From Chlorokybus atmophyticus (lineage: Eukaryota > Plantae > Mesostigma and Chlorokybus algae): a DNA stretch of 64,000 nucleotides. The position numbers and the translations under genes are program-made. This document shows positions 61,490-64,000 of this stretch, piece by piece (within the stretch, counting starts at the first letter, position 1; every line of letters begins with the position of its first letter). The notes under the pieces were generated by a model that was not told the DNA's origin, made no database searches, and was given only the letters and a program-made list of their open reading frames with translations. The DNA lies in contig RHPI01001819.1 of the NCBI GenBank assembly GCA_009103225.1, forward strand, positions 1 through 64,000, read 5' to 3'.

Positions 61490-64000
61490 CCATGGCAGCA
61501 GTGACAGAGATTACTTCTGCTTTACCCAGGGTGGTGCTGCCATCACCAAAGCTCAGTACGTTTCATGGTCAGCTGAAGGAGGATGTTATAGCATGGCTGA
61601 GGCATGTAGACATGATGGCTAATGTCTATAACTGGAATGAGGAGATCACGTACAAGCTGGCAGCCACACACCTGAGGGATGAGGCACAGACTTGGTACCT
61701 GACTCGTGAGTTCAGCACCTGGGCAGGACTGAAAGTGGCCATGAAAGAACGCTTTGATGTGGGAGACCCAAGCATCTACATGAATGAGTTGCATGACAAC
61801 AAGCAAGGGGTCAACGAGAGCGTGCGCACGTACGCAGACCACCTGAAGAAGCTCATGGATCGCTTGGGGGGAGAGTTCTCAAACCCTTGGAAGAAGACGC
61901 GCTTTATACAAGGCTTGAGGCCAGACTTGCGTGAGAAGGTTATCAACAGAAGGCCTGAGGAATTGGAGCAAGCCATCAATGATGCTGTATATTTTGAGGG
62001 TATTATGCAGGCAGCGCAAGTTGGCAAAGAGCAAGTCTTGGCAAAGGAGGCAACTGCATTGGCAGACTTGCAGAAGAAAATGGATGCTATGATGAAACAA
62101 TTGGCTGAACAAAAGGTACATCTAGCAGAGGTGGTGACAAAGACACAGCCTCAAGCTTATCAGCAAGGCAACGCCTATGCAGGCAAGGGAGGAGTGAGAC
62201 CAGACACCAGGCAGTGCTATTATTGTCACGAGACAGGTCACATCAAGCCCGTGTGTCCCAAATGGGCAGCAGCCAAGGTCAAGGAGCAAATGGCAACACC
62301 AAGCAACGTGGTGGGGTCAACCTCCAAAGTGTCTATGGTGGTGGCAATGAGTGACAGTGAGGATGAGGTTGAGCATGACAAGCCAACCATGCTTATTCCA
62401 GCTGCATCTGATGTGCCCTCCTGCAGCACTGCTGCGGCAGCATGCGCATCTGCACCACACCTGCCTGAGACTGAAGAGGTGACAGCTGTGTGGACCAAGC
62501 CTGTGAAGATGCACACCTCACCTCAAGTGGCAAAGGGAGAGAACTATGATGTGCTTGAGCAATTGGACTACGTCACTGCCAAGATCTCTATCAAGCAACT
62601 GTTGAAAGTGAGTCCTCAACACAGACAGCAATTGACTACCTACCTCAGAAAGCTTGAGAAGAGCGACACTCAAGTGGTGCACATGACTGAGTCTACTGAG
62701 CATATTGCCACCTATGCTACAGTAACCATTATGGGTCGGGAGGTGGAGGCTGTGATTGACTCAGGTGCATCATGCACTGTGATGGGAATAACGTTGGTGG
62801 AAGCCTTAGGCTTGCAAAGTTCAATGCAACCCACCCGCCGAGTCATGAGAGTTGCCAATGGTAACAAGTGCGCCTTTTTGGGAGTGCTTGAGGAGCTCCC
62901 CATCACCATTGGTGAAGTCACGCATGCCGTACGCGTAAACGTCAGCCCCTCAACAATGGATGACCTGCTGGTTGGCACGGACTGGCTAGCTCGAGCTGGT
63001 GCAAATCTCTCATTCTCCAGCATGCAGCTCACCTTTTACGGAGAGGAAGGCTTTGGAGTGGGTGTCACAATGTCCTTCACATCTTCCCCAGGCATAGAGG
63101 TCAAGCAATCTGAAAAGATTATGACAGTGCATCAGCTTCCCATCAACTCCGAGTTAGCACACTCAGAAAGGGAGGAGGTAGTGGAGTTGCTGAGCAAGTT
63201 TGATGATCTCTTTGCTACCAAGCAAGAGTTTGTGTTAGGAGAGAAAGTGCCTGGCACTAACATGGTGACACATGCGATTGACACTGGAGATGCTCGCCCC
63301 ATTGTGCAAAAGCCATACCGCACTTCACGTGCTGAGGATCAGCAGATTGAAGAAGAAGTTGAACACATGCTGCAGGCTGGCATTGTGAGTCCCTCATCAA
63401 GCCCAGGGTCTTCACCAATTGTGATGGTGCCCAAGCCTAACGGCCGCGGCTGGCGGCTTTGCATAGACTACCGCAAGCTGAATGAGGTCACAAAGAAAGA
63501 CAGGTTTCCTGTGCAAGGTGTGACGACATTTTGGACAGTGTGGGCAAAGCCAAGTACTTCAGCAAGTTGGACTTGCTGTCTGCTTACCATCAGGTGTGGG
63601 TGGAGCCTCGTGACCGTGAGAAGACAGCTTTTGTGACCGAGACAGGCTTGTATGAATTCAACACCATGCCCTTCGGTCTCACCAATGCACCAGCGACGTT
63701 CCAAAGGCTGATGACGCAAGTGTTGAAAAAGTACAGCAACAAGTTCGTGCTGGTGTTCTTTGACGACATCATTGTGTACTCCAACACCTTTGAGGAACAC
63801 ATTCAGCATTTGAACTTGGTGATGCAAGCCCTGCGTGACGCACAGCTTGTGGCGGCACTCGAGAAGTGCAAGTTTGGCATGTATGAGGTTGACATGTTGG
63901 GACATGACCTAATGGAAAATGGGGTGAAACCACAAGCCAGCAAGCTGAAGGCAGTACATGAGTTCCCTGTGCCAACTACACAAACACGTGTGCGCTCATT
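61490..64000 (+). mobile_element. gag-pol: Ty3/Gypsy retrotransposon 3 gag-pol, running off the window
   Basis: Gag (LRDEAQTWY, FIQGLRP), knuckle CYYCHETGHIKPVC, protease AVIDSGAS, RT CIDYRKLN. A 1-bp frameshift near 63510 precedes MPFGLTNAPATFQR...FFDDIIV. Confidence 0.96.

Overview
This is the left end of a eukaryotic chromosome: a terminal (CCCTAA)n array followed by a repeat-rich subtelomere. Short GT-AG introns, a DUF506 gene, a PNGase A-like gene and a DNMT-bearing Gypsy element together suggest a green alga, possibly an early streptophyte (inference only). Most of the window is nested, decayed transposons. These are CACTA/EnSpm-like elements with CACAG termini, three Ty3/Gypsy elements, a PIF/Harbinger element and a LINE 3' fragment. 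Two host genes are recognisable (PNGase A-like at about 14.1-17.0 kb and DUF506 at 23.7-25.0 kb). The main highlights are: (1) a Gypsy polyprotein ordered Gag - unknown ~500 aa region - protease - C5 cytosine methyltransferase (GWECQ motif) - RT - RNase H - integrase - PHD finger; (2) a 7.5 kb segment (359-7847) capped at both ends by outward-facing telomere repeats, each of which truncates a transposon; (3) a 4.2 kb microhomology-bounded inversion; and (4) a tRNA-like module inside a non-autonomous DNA transposon family. All family assignments come from motif recognition by eye, and no database searches were run. There are three N gaps and one probable assembly duplication.
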